From: a virus
Taxonomy: Duplodnaviria; Caudoviricetes
Virus record (IMG/VR): IMGVR_UViG_3300032138_000680
Span: 30,675-94,674 of that record
Reading direction: 5' to 3' (one strand)
DNA: 64,000 nt
How positions within the stretch are numbered: the stretch's first letter is position 1; each line of letters opens with the position of its first letter. The translations under genes and the position numbers were made by a program. Below the pieces are notes generated by a model. It did not search any database. It was given only the letters and a program-made list of their open reading frames with translations, and was not told where the DNA came from. Shown here one piece after another: positions 20,812-31,000 of this stretch.

Positions 20812-21813
20812 TTAATGTCCTGTTTTTTCTTTCCAAAATCTAATAAAATTATCTACTGTTTTATCATCTTCTTTTTCCATTTCCTTCAAGTGGTCGGGAA
20901 CTAAATCAATAGTTCTATTTGCCCATTCTATATCTTCAATACCAAAAGCACAACCATATTTTCTATGTGGATGTTTTAATCTATATTCTTCTGGAGTCAG
21001 TTTTTTCCACTCGTCATCATCAACTGGCCAAGAATCATCATCGGTGTTTAAAATAATCGTTTTACACCCACAAAGGCCAGGTAAATAAGTCATAGCTGTA
21101 TGTTTATCAAAGGTTATTAAATATTCGTATTCATTTAATATTTCTCGTAAATAATCAATACCACCAGACCACTTCCAATCATATATGTTATCTGAATCAA
21201 ACGATTTTATTATAGAATCATAATTTTCAGGAGTATACTTGTGTGGAAAATGACAAAAACCTTTTCTTCTACCATTATTTGTTTTATATAACTCATCAAA
21301 AGAATAATGTATTGCCTTTAAAGGTATTGTTTCCTTCTTTGTTTTCCAAGTACTATAAGAAAAGAAAACATCTTCCGTTTTAGTATTCTTCCAATTAGAA
21401 TGATCATAGTCATCAGTTAACATCCAAATTGCATTATAATCTGTATTAAAATGATTATTTGGCTGATTATTACTATAAACTGATACAGTAGAATCAAGTG
21501 GAAACTGCATCATCTCTGGTAGAAACCAAGTCATTCCTTTACCATCCCCAGAATTCATATGTAACATTGATTTAAATGATATTATATTCTCATGATACCA
21601 CATAGGTTCACAAAACATAACAACTCTATGATTTCTTTCTGCCAGTTTATATGCTAACTTATGCATTGCAATATCACCACCACCATGTCTATACATTTTT
21701 GCAAAAGTTTCTTCCTTTAAAGTTTTCATCCAAGGTTCATATCTAAACTTTCTGGTAGGAACTCTATGTTGATCTATCAAAAAAGTAAGTCTATCTTCTT
21801 TATGTAATATCAT
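20812..21813 (-). CDS. WavQ-like protein; paralog of 18587..19537
   Basis: Shared MIL..EDRLTFL, HKLAYKLAER, TFDKHTAMTYLPGLCGCKTI, C-terminal FW.EKTG. Confidence 0.6.
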   Translation of the reverse strand: MILHKEDRLTFLIDQHRVPTRKFRYEPWMKTLKEETFAKMYRHGGGDIAMHKLAYKLAERNHRVVMFCEPMWYHENIISFKSMLHMNSGDGKGMTWFLPEMMQFPLDSTVSVYSNNQPNNHFNTDYNAIWMLTDDYDHSNWKNTKTEDVFFSYSTWKTKKETIPLKAIHYSFDELYKTNNGRRKGFCHFPHKYTPENYDSIIKSFDSDNIYDWKWSGGIDYLREILNEYEYLITFDKHTAMTYLPGLCGCKTIILNTDDDSWPVDDDEWKKLTPEEYRLKHPHRKYGCAFGIEDIEWANRTIDLVPDHLKEMEKEDDKTVDNFIRFWKEKTGH

Positions 21814-24133
21814 TTTGTATTATCCTATTAAGTCCACCAATAACTTGTTCATATGTTATTGGTTCAAAATCATACCAATCTTCCATAGTTTTACATTCTT
21901 TATATGGATTCCAATTCCAATTTCCAGTATCTAATCTAACTTCTATATCATTGAACGAACCAGACCAATCACTATCATCGGCATGCACCCTAACACAATT
22001 TGATTGAAATTCAGCAAATGATTTTGACCATGAAGAAACTAAAAGAACTGGAGTACCAACACTCCATGATATCCACGATAATCCAGAACTCACTCCAATA
22101 TGAAAATCTGCATAACTTAATAAATTTATTGCCTCTTCTATTGAACAAGAAGTCTTATCAATTACACCATTTGGAATAGTATTCCAACATTCCCCATTAC
22201 CAAATGTTTTATGCATATCAATACAAACAACTTTATAACCTTTCTCATTTAAATAATCAACTGTCTTTTGCCAGCCATCTTTACAGTTCCAATATTTAAT
22301 TTGTGTTGTGGCCTGTATTGCTATACAAACATATTTTTGATTATCTAATTCAGAAACTATATCACGAGAATACCCATATCCTAATTTAATTTTCGGTCTA
22401 ATTTCTTTATAGTCTAATCCAAGAATATCTGAAGCTGCTTGTTGTAATGGTACTGTTCTGACATCATTTGGATTTTGTGATCCTTCATAAAACCACCCAA
22501 TTTTATATGAAGAAATTCCACTCGAAATAGTAAATTTAGAACCAGGTTCTATAAATTCAATATCAGGATATTGTTCCTTAAATAACTTATTCCAAAATGT
22601 AGTACAAACAACTTCACAATTATGTTTCTTTCTAAATTCTTCAACATAGGGTATCCATGCCAATGTATCACCTAAAGCTTTACTATCAAACTGAATATAA
22701 ACTTTTTTATCTTTCAAATCTAATCTATACTCATAAACTACTTCACCACCAGCTGAAACTTTAACTATCCAATTTACATAATAGTTAATGAAACACTTTG
22801 TCCAATGACCAGATTCTATAGTATTTGAATATAAAAGTTTGTTGGTATCTCCGTCAATAAAATCAACTTTATAATCTACATCTCGGCCGTGAATAGTCAC
22901 CTTTACTCCATCACTAAAATCAACAAAAAAAGAATCTTCTCTTTCTCTAATATATTCTACTTTTTCAATTTCCTTTAAAATTTCATATCCCTTTTCTGCT
23001 GCATTTTCCCAATTAAAATTTCTTCTTATTACTTCAGATTCTATTAAAGAATTTATTCTATAATCTTTATAATTTTCATAAACGTCCCCCATAACTTTAG
23101 ATAAATCATTATAATCAGGTTCACAATAATTTCCATCATAATAACCTTCACCATCATTAAAAGTAACTCCTTCGCCCAAACTATAAGGTCTTTCTTCAAT
23201 CACCTTTACAGGATGACCTAATCCATTTGCAAATTCTAATTGACCGCCCCAATCTGAATAAATAGATGGAATCCCACATGCCATTGCTTCTATCAAAGGT
23301 AAATTCCAACCTTCACTTCTTGCACAAGATAAAAAGACATGACCAGTTTTCATATATTTAATATAATCTTCCCTTGAAACAAAACTCTTTATTTTAATTC
23401 TATCATCTTCAAAACCATAATGTTTTAATCTTTCATCTGTACTACCCATCCCATCTACTGAAAAAGGATTATCAATAGATGCAATTAAATCAACTGGTTC
23501 ATCCTTATCAAATGTTTTTAAAAATGTTTCAATAATTTCAGTTGTAGATTTTCTATAATCCCACCTACCAAACAACAGAAATTTAAATCTACCATCATTA
23601 TAGTCATCTAATAAATCCACCTTTTCAGGATAAAATATATCTTTATGAACTCCTTCTGGTACAACTTTAACTCTTTCAGATGGATATCCTTGTTCTATAA
23701 CACATTCTTTTTGCCAAGTAGAAGGCACCCACAACTGGTCAAAGGTTAATAAATTGTTAAATTGGTCAGCTGGAAACCTTGTACTTTCCCAAACCACATA
23801 TGCTATTTTATATCCATTATATTGATGATACATATAATAATGATTGGACTCAACCAAAACAATATTAACATCTGGAATAAAATTTTCATCATATGAATAT
23901 ATTGGAAAATCTTTTAATTCTTCATTTTCCCATAAACTTTGCTCTACCAACATATTTTTATGTTGTTCAGTCAGGTATGGTTCTTTATCATGATTCTGAC
24001 CATCCCAATTTTCACCAGTAGTAAAATTTCTTACCTTTATTGGAATTAATTTATCTAAATGAGTAAAAAAGTTTCTTGAATGACTATTATAACCAGTATT
24101 TCCTATTAAGCTTGTGTGTGCTTTTATTTTCAT
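21800..24133 (-). CDS. Fusion of GT4 glycosyltransferase and Aah/TibC-like (autotransporter O-heptosyltransferase) domain
   Basis: N-half FGRWDYRK, RSEGWNLPLIEAMACG; C-half SKALGDTLAWIPY..F..KHNC, ATTQIKYW, IGVSSGLSW.SW..GTP. Confidence 0.85.
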   Translation of the reverse strand: MKIKAHTSLIGNTGYNSHSRNFFTHLDKLIPIKVRNFTTGENWDGQNHDKEPYLTEQHKNMLVEQSLWENEELKDFPIYSYDENFIPDVNIVLVESNHYYMYHQYNGYKIAYVVWESTRFPADQFNNLLTFDQLWVPSTWQKECVIEQGYPSERVKVVPEGVHKDIFYPEKVDLLDDYNDGRFKFLLFGRWDYRKSTTEIIETFLKTFDKDEPVDLIASIDNPFSVDGMGSTDERLKHYGFEDDRIKIKSFVSREDYIKYMKTGHVFLSCARSEGWNLPLIEAMACGIPSIYSDWGGQLEFANGLGHPVKVIEERPYSLGEGVTFNDGEGYYDGNYCEPDYNDLSKVMGDVYENYKDYRINSLIESEVIRRNFNWENAAEKGYEILKEIEKVEYIREREDSFFVDFSDGVKVTIHGRDVDYKVDFIDGDTNKLLYSNTIESGHWTKCFINYYVNWIVKVSAGGEVVYEYRLDLKDKKVYIQFDSKALGDTLAWIPYVEEFRKKHNCEVVCTTFWNKLFKEQYPDIEFIEPGSKFTISSGISSYKIGWFYEGSQNPNDVRTVPLQQAASDILGLDYKEIRPKIKLGYGYSRDIVSELDNQKYVCIAIQATTQIKYWNCKDGWQKTVDYLNEKGYKVVCIDMHKTFGNGECWNTIPNGVIDKTSCSIEEAINLLSYADFHIGVSSGLSWISWSVGTPVLLVSSWSKSFAEFQSNCVRVHADDSDWSGSFNDIEVRLDTGNWNWNPYKECKTMEDWYDFEPITYEQVIGGLNRIIQNDIT

Positions 24134-24196
24134 TTATAACTTATATTTCTCCTTTAATAAATAGATATTGTTTTTTCTAAAAGTTAATAAAAATTG

Positions 24197-25045
24197 TTAC
24201 TTTCCATTCACAGAATAATAATTATCTGATACTGTATTAGGTCGTTGATCTATTATCGTATTTTTTACTGCAAAAACATTCATATTCTCAAATTGATAAT
24301 TTACCCACAAATCAATTGGCCCGTATGCTGGTAACTTTTCTAACAATTTTTTTGCACCTTCATAAGTTAAAACATATCCAGAAAGCCACCATAAACCCAT
24401 CTTCACAGACAATAAATCCTTAGAGTATTCTTCATATTGAAAATCTGGAAAATCTTCTTGTATTTTAAACCAACTATCAAACATTTCCCTGTCATTTGGA
24501 AGATAAGATAAATACAACATATCAAAATCATGTGGAAGTTGGTGAAAAGTTTCTGATATTTTTTTTAAAAAATCAAAATTAAAATATACATCATCCTCTA
24601 ATATTAATGTAGTCTGTATTTTATTATCAACAATATGTTTCCATACATTTATATGAGATAACGCAATTCCATGTTCTTCATCAGATGAGCGTATGGTATC
24701 ATCTATTAAATAATTATATTCATATATATGATTATCTTCTGAAGAATTGTGTACATTCTTACCATCTACCGCATCCATAAATTTAGTTTTTGCCCATAAT
24801 GTTTTTCTATTTAAACGTAAACGACTAAGCTCTCTTTTTATTTGTCTAAATCTATCATATCGATGTCGCATATGAATCACAATAACTGAATTTATTAAAT
24901 TTTCAAATCGTATCACAAATTTTCTTTCAAATAATCTGGAAAATTTTGTAAGAAAAAATCTACCCCACACTTTTAATATAAACCTAATGTCTTTCACATT
25001 GATGGTCCATTTGTGTGGAATATAATCAATAAAAAATGGATGCAT
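24197..25045 (-). CDS. GT25 glycosyltransferase
   Basis: R.DR, DAVDG, GIALSH..VW, LILEDD, GYVLT..GAKKLL, PID; start moved to ATG 25045 (GGGAG RBS). Confidence 0.85.
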   Translation of the reverse strand: MHPFFIDYIPHKWTINVKDIRFILKVWGRFFLTKFSRLFERKFVIRFENLINSVIVIHMRHRYDRFRQIKRELSRLRLNRKTLWAKTKFMDAVDGKNVHNSSEDNHIYEYNYLIDDTIRSSDEEHGIALSHINVWKHIVDNKIQTTLILEDDVYFNFDFLKKISETFHQLPHDFDMLYLSYLPNDREMFDSWFKIQEDFPDFQYEEYSKDLLSVKMGLWWLSGYVLTYEGAKKLLEKLPAYGPIDLWVNYQFENMNVFAVKNTIIDQRPNTVSDNYYSVNGK

Positions 25046-25046
25046 A

Positions 25047-25739
25047 TTATTCTCCCAACCAACTATCTTTAGTCCAATTACTGGCAATAGTATGATAACA
25101 AAAACCACCTTCAGTATGAACTAAGCTAAGATTCTCATCTAACAAATATAAATGTTTAAATTTTTCTGGATGTGCCAAATAATAATCCGTTAATGCCCAA
25201 ACACTCCAAGAATCAAGAGTAATAAGATTTGTTCTATTTTCAGATATGATCCAGTCCACAAAACTCAAACATAACTCATGTCCCTTTTCAATATAGAAAA
25301 AACAATCTTCAATTAAAAAATCATATTTTTTAATCCGTGGCCACATTCTTTTTCCCCTTCCTTCTAAATAATGATTTCTATATATTGTATGACTTGGAAA
25401 CATTAATTTTTTTCGAATAAAAACGTCAACTGGTCTCAAACAAACCAAATCTCTATCAATATTAAATCCACCATGTTCGTGAAAAACAAAATGTTTTGAA
25501 AAATCCATTAACTTACAATACTTGTGAAGCTCACCAGTATCTTCTTGGTTTATTGATTCCCAATATTTAAAATATTTTGGATACCCTCTCATCAATTGTT
25601 CTAAAGAATCAAAATCCCAATAAAAATACTCGAAATCTGGATGTTTTTCTATCCAATTAAATTGATTTTCATATAATTTTGGATAGGTTTTCTTTAAATG
25701 CTCCTCGCCCTGTAACCACATAAAATGTAACTTCTTCAT
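25047..25739 (-). CDS. GT32/Och1-like DxD glycosyltransferase
   Basis: LHFMW, HPDFEY..WD, HGGFNIDRD..CLRP, H...NW. Confidence 0.75.
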   Translation of the reverse strand: MKKLHFMWLQGEEHLKKTYPKLYENQFNWIEKHPDFEYFYWDFDSLEQLMRGYPKYFKYWESINQEDTGELHKYCKLMDFSKHFVFHEHGGFNIDRDLVCLRPVDVFIRKKLMFPSHTIYRNHYLEGRGKRMWPRIKKYDFLIEDCFFYIEKGHELCLSFVDWIISENRTNLITLDSWSVWALTDYYLAHPEKFKHLYLLDENLSLVHTEGGFCYHTIASNWTKDSWLGE

Positions 25740-27259
25740 TAAAACTCCAATACTGCTAAACCTCTACAATTAAAAAAATAATGGTCATGATAATAATCCA
25801 CTCCATCTAATAAAATTTTATATCCAGTAAAACTACCACTATCAATAGAAAAACTTCCATTTTCCATATCACAAGATATAAGATGAGAACTGCCCGTAAT
25901 ATCTGGTAAATAGGCAGACAAGGACGAAGTAAGTTCATATCCCTGATGAAATCTCCATCCATCTTCACTTTCTAATTTTGAAAATATATACTTATCAAAC
26001 GTTGTACCAACCTTTCCATTTAAAATTTGTTTATTAGAAAAAGTACTTGGAATTATATTCTTAACTGTTTGTATTGATTCAGAAAAAGACAAATCTGTTA
26101 TAACATCATTTTGTTCATAAAAAAGACTCGATGAACTCGGCTTATCTCTATCATCATAAATAATATCTGTAACATTTAATCTGTCATAATTTCCGAGTTG
26201 ATATGTCTTTATTTTATCTCCTGGTACTAAACTTTCAACGTTCTTATCTGTATCATCGCTTAAAATAATTTTTGTACCAGACATTAATCCACTGTGAATT
26301 GGTTCTTTAAAACTCTGTTCTAAAATATAAGAATAATTAATTATCTCGTCCCTAACTAATTTACTACCAACTTCATAAGTAACTGAAGAGCTAATAGGAA
26401 CAGAACTCTGTTTAGCAATCGGCTGATGCCGTTGGAAATTATTTTCATCCAAATAATTCGTAATATCATAAAAATGATCTGTTCCCCATATTGCGTGAGA
26501 TGTCATATTTACATTACAACTGTTATAAATATCAGATGGTACATATCTCTCAGCATAATAAGAACTTGGTGTATGCATACTACCAGTTATTTCATCTAAA
26601 TCAAAAAAATACATATCTAACGTATTATCAAGTATAGGATTCTTAATAACAACGTCAGGTACTCCAATAGCATTTGTAGTTAATTCATCAAATGATTTAA
26701 TTTTTGCTGGAAATAATGCCATACTACAAGATTGAAAAATATATTTAAATGTTTCTTTATTATGACAAATTGATTCTACTATATTCTTATTGCGATTCTT
26801 TACCCCAAAAGATAATAAATATTCTTTATCTGAAGTAGTTTCATAATAATTTTTCGTATTCCAAGTTCTATATTCAACTGACATACTTATATTATTATTG
26901 GATAGACTGGAAGATATTGAATAAATTATAGACTCATAATTGTTTGATTCATCCCATGTAAGTAATTTTACTGTATTATAACTTCCACTTATACCATTAG
27001 AAAATTTATTAAAGTCTAAATAAGGAGTTAGATCAGAACATACTCCTGGTGGACAATTTCCTTCTAAAAGATATAAACTTCCACTCTGTGGAATAAAATC
27101 AAATCTGACAAGGGCTCCAAAATTAGATGGAGAGTCTACCACTGTCCTAACTATATAATCATCAATCAATTCTCGGGCTGTTGATCCTGTCAAATAAGAA
27201 CATATTGATGTTGTTGTAGTTTCTAAACTTGATGTGTAATTAGAATATACAAACTCCAT
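25739..27259 (-). CDS. Circularly permuted ATP-grasp-like domain fused to degenerate Hint domain
   Basis: RFDF...LLEGN..PG and VVIKNP (GspS/CP-ATP-grasp-like); C-terminal GLMSGTKIILSDDTDKNVESLVPGDKI aligns with Hint block A of 11302..12795 but lacks Cys1 and terminal HN. Confidence 0.6.
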   Translation of the reverse strand: MEFVYSNYTSSLETTTTSICSYLTGSTARELIDDYIVRTVVDSPSNFGALVRFDFIPQSGSLYLLEGNCPPGVCSDLTPYLDFNKFSNGISGSYNTVKLLTWDESNNYESIIYSISSSLSNNNISMSVEYRTWNTKNYYETTSDKEYLLSFGVKNRNKNIVESICHNKETFKYIFQSCSMALFPAKIKSFDELTTNAIGVPDVVIKNPILDNTLDMYFFDLDEITGSMHTPSSYYAERYVPSDIYNSCNVNMTSHAIWGTDHFYDITNYLDENNFQRHQPIAKQSSVPISSSVTYEVGSKLVRDEIINYSYILEQSFKEPIHSGLMSGTKIILSDDTDKNVESLVPGDKIKTYQLGNYDRLNVTDIIYDDRDKPSSSSLFYEQNDVITDLSFSESIQTVKNIIPSTFSNKQILNGKVGTTFDKYIFSKLESEDGWRFHQGYELTSSLSAYLPDITGSSHLISCDMENGSFSIDSGSFTGYKILLDGVDYYHDHYFFNCRGLAVLEF

Positions 27260-27261
27260 TT

Positions 27262-28050
27262 TTAACCGCCTCCACCACCTTCGTCATCGTCATATTCATA
27301 CCACTCATTAAATGCATGTGGTTCATCAGTATCAGGCCCATCAGTTGAATTTGTATTAAAAGCGGGTACAGTATGTCCTGATCCACCAGCGAGGCCTCCA
27401 TCAATATTATCTAACATTGTATATGGGCCCGAATAACTGGTCGCGGAGGGAGCTTCTTCTACTTGCGCCCCATCCCAGTAAATTATTTCATCATCAGCTG
27501 ATGGTGGCCCTCCAAATCTTACTTGAAAATTTTCAGTATCTACATGATTTGCCTTTCTTGTTGCCTCAAATCTTTGCCAAGATGTAGTTACAGAAATATA
27601 ATCCACTCCATAGTTACCAGATAAAATTGTACCATCTGATTCTGCAAAAAATGTCCATAAGGTACAGGTACAGGCTTTACTTGCCTTTGCCCAAGTACTA
27701 AAAGTCCATGTTTCACCATTGTTTGCATCCCAGTTAAAACTCCCAGCGCTTGTATTATATGTATATGTATATGCATCATTACCACCTGAACCAGCGTCCA
27801 ATCTCATTTCTAATGGAGTACCTACTGAATCTTCTGGAAAAGTAACAGGAGAAGTCAAGGTAGTATTTTGAGATAATGTACATCTTGCACCATTTGTATT
27901 TCCTCCGGCAGTAAGCCAGGCCCATAAATTATAAGGATGTGAAAGTTGATTTACATCTCTTGGTACTAAATAGGCTGTGTCATAATCATCGAAGGCCCTT
28001 TCTTTAGTAATTCCTATTAAATGTACTGTTCCGCTACTTGGAACTGCCAT
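27262..28050 (-). CDS. Tail-fibre-associated protein with carbohydrate-binding (CBM4/9-like) insert
   Basis: MAVPSSG N-terminus, TWTFSTWAK..VTTSWQRF..WDGAQVE, PHAFNEWY; immediately downstream of fibre gene. Confidence 0.7.
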   Translation of the reverse strand: MAVPSSGTVHLIGITKERAFDDYDTAYLVPRDVNQLSHPYNLWAWLTAGGNTNGARCTLSQNTTLTSPVTFPEDSVGTPLEMRLDAGSGGNDAYTYTYNTSAGSFNWDANNGETWTFSTWAKASKACTCTLWTFFAESDGTILSGNYGVDYISVTTSWQRFEATRKANHVDTENFQVRFGGPPSADDEIIYWDGAQVEEAPSATSYSGPYTMLDNIDGGLAGGSGHTVPAFNTNSTDGPDTDEPHAFNEWYEYDDDEGGGGG

Positions 28051-31000
28051 TTTTTATCTCCTTAACTTCTTGTTTTAATTCTTCTATTTGTTCTTGTTGT
28101 TCTTTAACTGCTGAAATTAAAAATGGAATAATTTTTTCATATCGTAATCCCAACCATCCCTCACTCATTTCACCTACTAAACCAGGTACTATTTTTTGAA
28201 CATCTTGTGCTATTAAACCAAAATCATGAGTTATTTTTGTCCCCCACCCAGGTGCATCGGGTTTCCAATCAAATTCAACTGGTTCTAATTTATTAATTAT
28301 TTCAAGTCCACTACCCAACGGAAGAATATTATTTTTTAATCTTTCATCAGAACTTGCATATGCTATAACATTGGCATCAGATGCTATATCACCTTCAGCA
28401 TAGATATCATATGCAGTAGTTGGAACTACATCACCTACAGCAATTTCACCTTCTACTGTTAGAACACCTCCTGTATTTAATGCTGTTCTCTCAATTCTAA
28501 TATCTGATCCGTGGAAAATAGAAGTTGCCCCTCCAATCATCGTATTCATATATCTTGAAGAAACAGATTGTATTCCTCTTGAACTCAAAAATGTTTTATT
28601 TTTATATGCAGTGAAAGTATTAGTGGCATTATTCATGAGATTTATTTGAAGGGTTGAATTGGTCGCATTCCCTGAAGATGATGCTACAAATTTATAAAAT
28701 GTATATTTAACATAAGCATAACGACCTGGGAATATTCTCCTTAAATCAATTATATCCTCTACAGGAAATGGTTCATTTCCAGTACATAGACCGGGGTCTA
28801 TTGTATCATAAACTTCTGAACCTATTGGGACATACGTGTCTGTTCTATCATCCCAATAGTACGCTTGAAACTTAAAATAAAGTGTACCACCATTGACATT
28901 ACCTATAGTCTTATCGCCCACCAATTGTAATTGATGTTGAGTCAAATTACCTAAAAATGATGCATTATCGTGTCCCAAATCGTATCCGTGTGCAGTAGTG
29001 CTAGGTGCTGCGGATGTATTAGAGGATCGCATATATCCAACAATATTACCTGTCCATGTGGCACTATTATTAATAGGTGAAATGGTCCCCAAAGTTCCAG
29101 GTGTCGTAACCCCAAAACTAACAGAATCACTATCAAGGTTATCTGTATATTGACTACTTATATTAGAATCAGTTAAAAAACTACCACTATCGTGAAGTTT
29201 TAAAAATTCATATCCAGTTCCCGATGGAAAGTTAGTTGTTTCGATAAACCTTATTTCTGGTGCTCCAGCATTAACCTGAATACCAGGGGTGCCTCCAGCA
29301 TGAATTCGTGCACTGGCTCCTGACCCATAAAGTCTATCTCCTTGAACATTCCATCCACCTAATGTGATAGAACCACCTGATGTTATACCAATATAATCGT
29401 CATCGGTTCTATCTCCAATCCAACCAGAACCATCGGCAGCTAAGAAAAATCCTGTTCCACTTGATGCATTTGAAGCATTAGCACTTCTTAATGTACCTGT
29501 GTTACCACCATCATCTGTTCCTATAGTTAATATTTGACCAACAGTTGCTTCATTTGCTAATAATAAATCTGTTGCTACTGAATCAAATTGAGTTCCAAAC
29601 TCTTCCCATCCTGAAGGTGGTGATCCAAGGGTAGATCCGGCGGCACCACTTGCTCCAGTCAAAGTAGTTAATAGATAATAGGTACTACTTACCTTTATTG
29701 CATCCCTTCTAACACCGTCTATATAATAAAATGTTGTATTATCATAAGTGGAATCATCTGCGAATACCCCCCTATAAACTATACCAGGTCCAGAAGCTCC
29801 TGTTGCACCACTTGTTCCAGAAGTTCCTGCCGTACCACTTGTTCCACTCGTTCCCGCAGTTCCTGAAGTTCCACTTGTACCAGCAGTTCCACTTGTTCCA
29901 GAAGTCCCAGCAGTTCCTGAAGTTCCACTTGTTCCAGCAGTTCCACTTGTTCCTGCCGTTCCACTTGTTCCTGCCGTTCCACTTGTTCCACTTGTACCCG
30001 CTGTTCCACTTGTTCCAGAAGTCCCAGCAGTTCCACTTGTACCAGCAGTTCCACTTGTTCCTGCCGTTCCACTTGTTCCACTTGTTCCTGCCGTTCCACT
30101 TGTTCCACTTGTACCAGCAGTTCCACTCGTTCCCGCAGTTCCTGAAGTTCCACTTGTACCCGCTGTTCCACTTGTACCAGCAGTTCCACTCGTTCCCGCA
30201 GTTCCTGAAGTTCCACTTGTACCCGCTGTTCCACTTGTACCAGCAGTTCCACTTGTTCCTGCAGTTCCTGAAGTTCCACTTGTACCCGCTGTTCCTGAAG
30301 TTCCACTTGTTCCCGCTGTTCCACTTGTTCCACTTGTTCCCGCAGTTCCACTTGTACCCGCTGTTCCACTTGTACCAGCAGTTCCACTTGTTCCAGAAGT
30401 CCCAGCAGTTCCTGAAGTTCCACTTGTTCCAGCAGTTCCAGAAGTCCCAGCAGTTCCTGAAGTTCCACTTGTTCCAGCAGTTCCACTTGTTCCTGCCGTA
30501 CCACTTGTTCCCGCAGTACCACTCGTTCCACTTGTACCTGCTGTTCCTGAAGTTCCACTTGTACCTGCTGTTCCCGATGTTCCACTTGTACCACTTGTAC
30601 CTGCTGCTGCGTAAAGTTCCCAAGTAGAATTTCCTGATCCTGTATTTGGTGGGCCGTTATCTGGATCATCATCCTTATCATTCTCTGTTTTAACTCTCCA
30701 ACTCGAACCATATCTCGTAATTAAAAAGTTTTCTTCAAATGTAAATCCAACTGGTTTTTCATCCCAAGAACCAGTAGGTGTTAAATCAAGTTGTGGTGCT
30801 CCAGTTGAAGTTTGTCTAAGACCACCCACAATAATAACTCTTCCTTTAGTTCCATATGTAGGATCGAATGCTATATAACTGGAATTAGAACCAACTTTCC
30901 ATCTACCATCTCCTGCTAAGAAAGAACCACTTCCATAGATATTTGGAAGATTTGTTGTTCCTGCTCCATAATCATTATTAGTAATCATGCTACTACCAGA

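Noticed and set aside
18741-21135. DGR template/variable repeat pair
   Set aside because: Both copies lie in paralogous ORFs, differences are not adenine-specific, and no reverse transcriptase is present
1-27259. Bacterial LPS/capsule locus or eukaryotic giant-virus origin
   Set aside because: No flippase, polymerase or export genes; contiguous with gp25/gp6 baseplate and S74 fibre genes, with SD-led operons
29810-30601. Possible CRISPR array
   Set aside because: No unique spacers; in-frame degenerate 9-bp coding repeat; no cas genes
29731-30711. Three long alternative-frame ORFs (QVEL-, KWN- and FHL-rich)
   Set aside because: Stop-free shadows of the 9-bp GT(S/A) repeat; the real frame is the fibre
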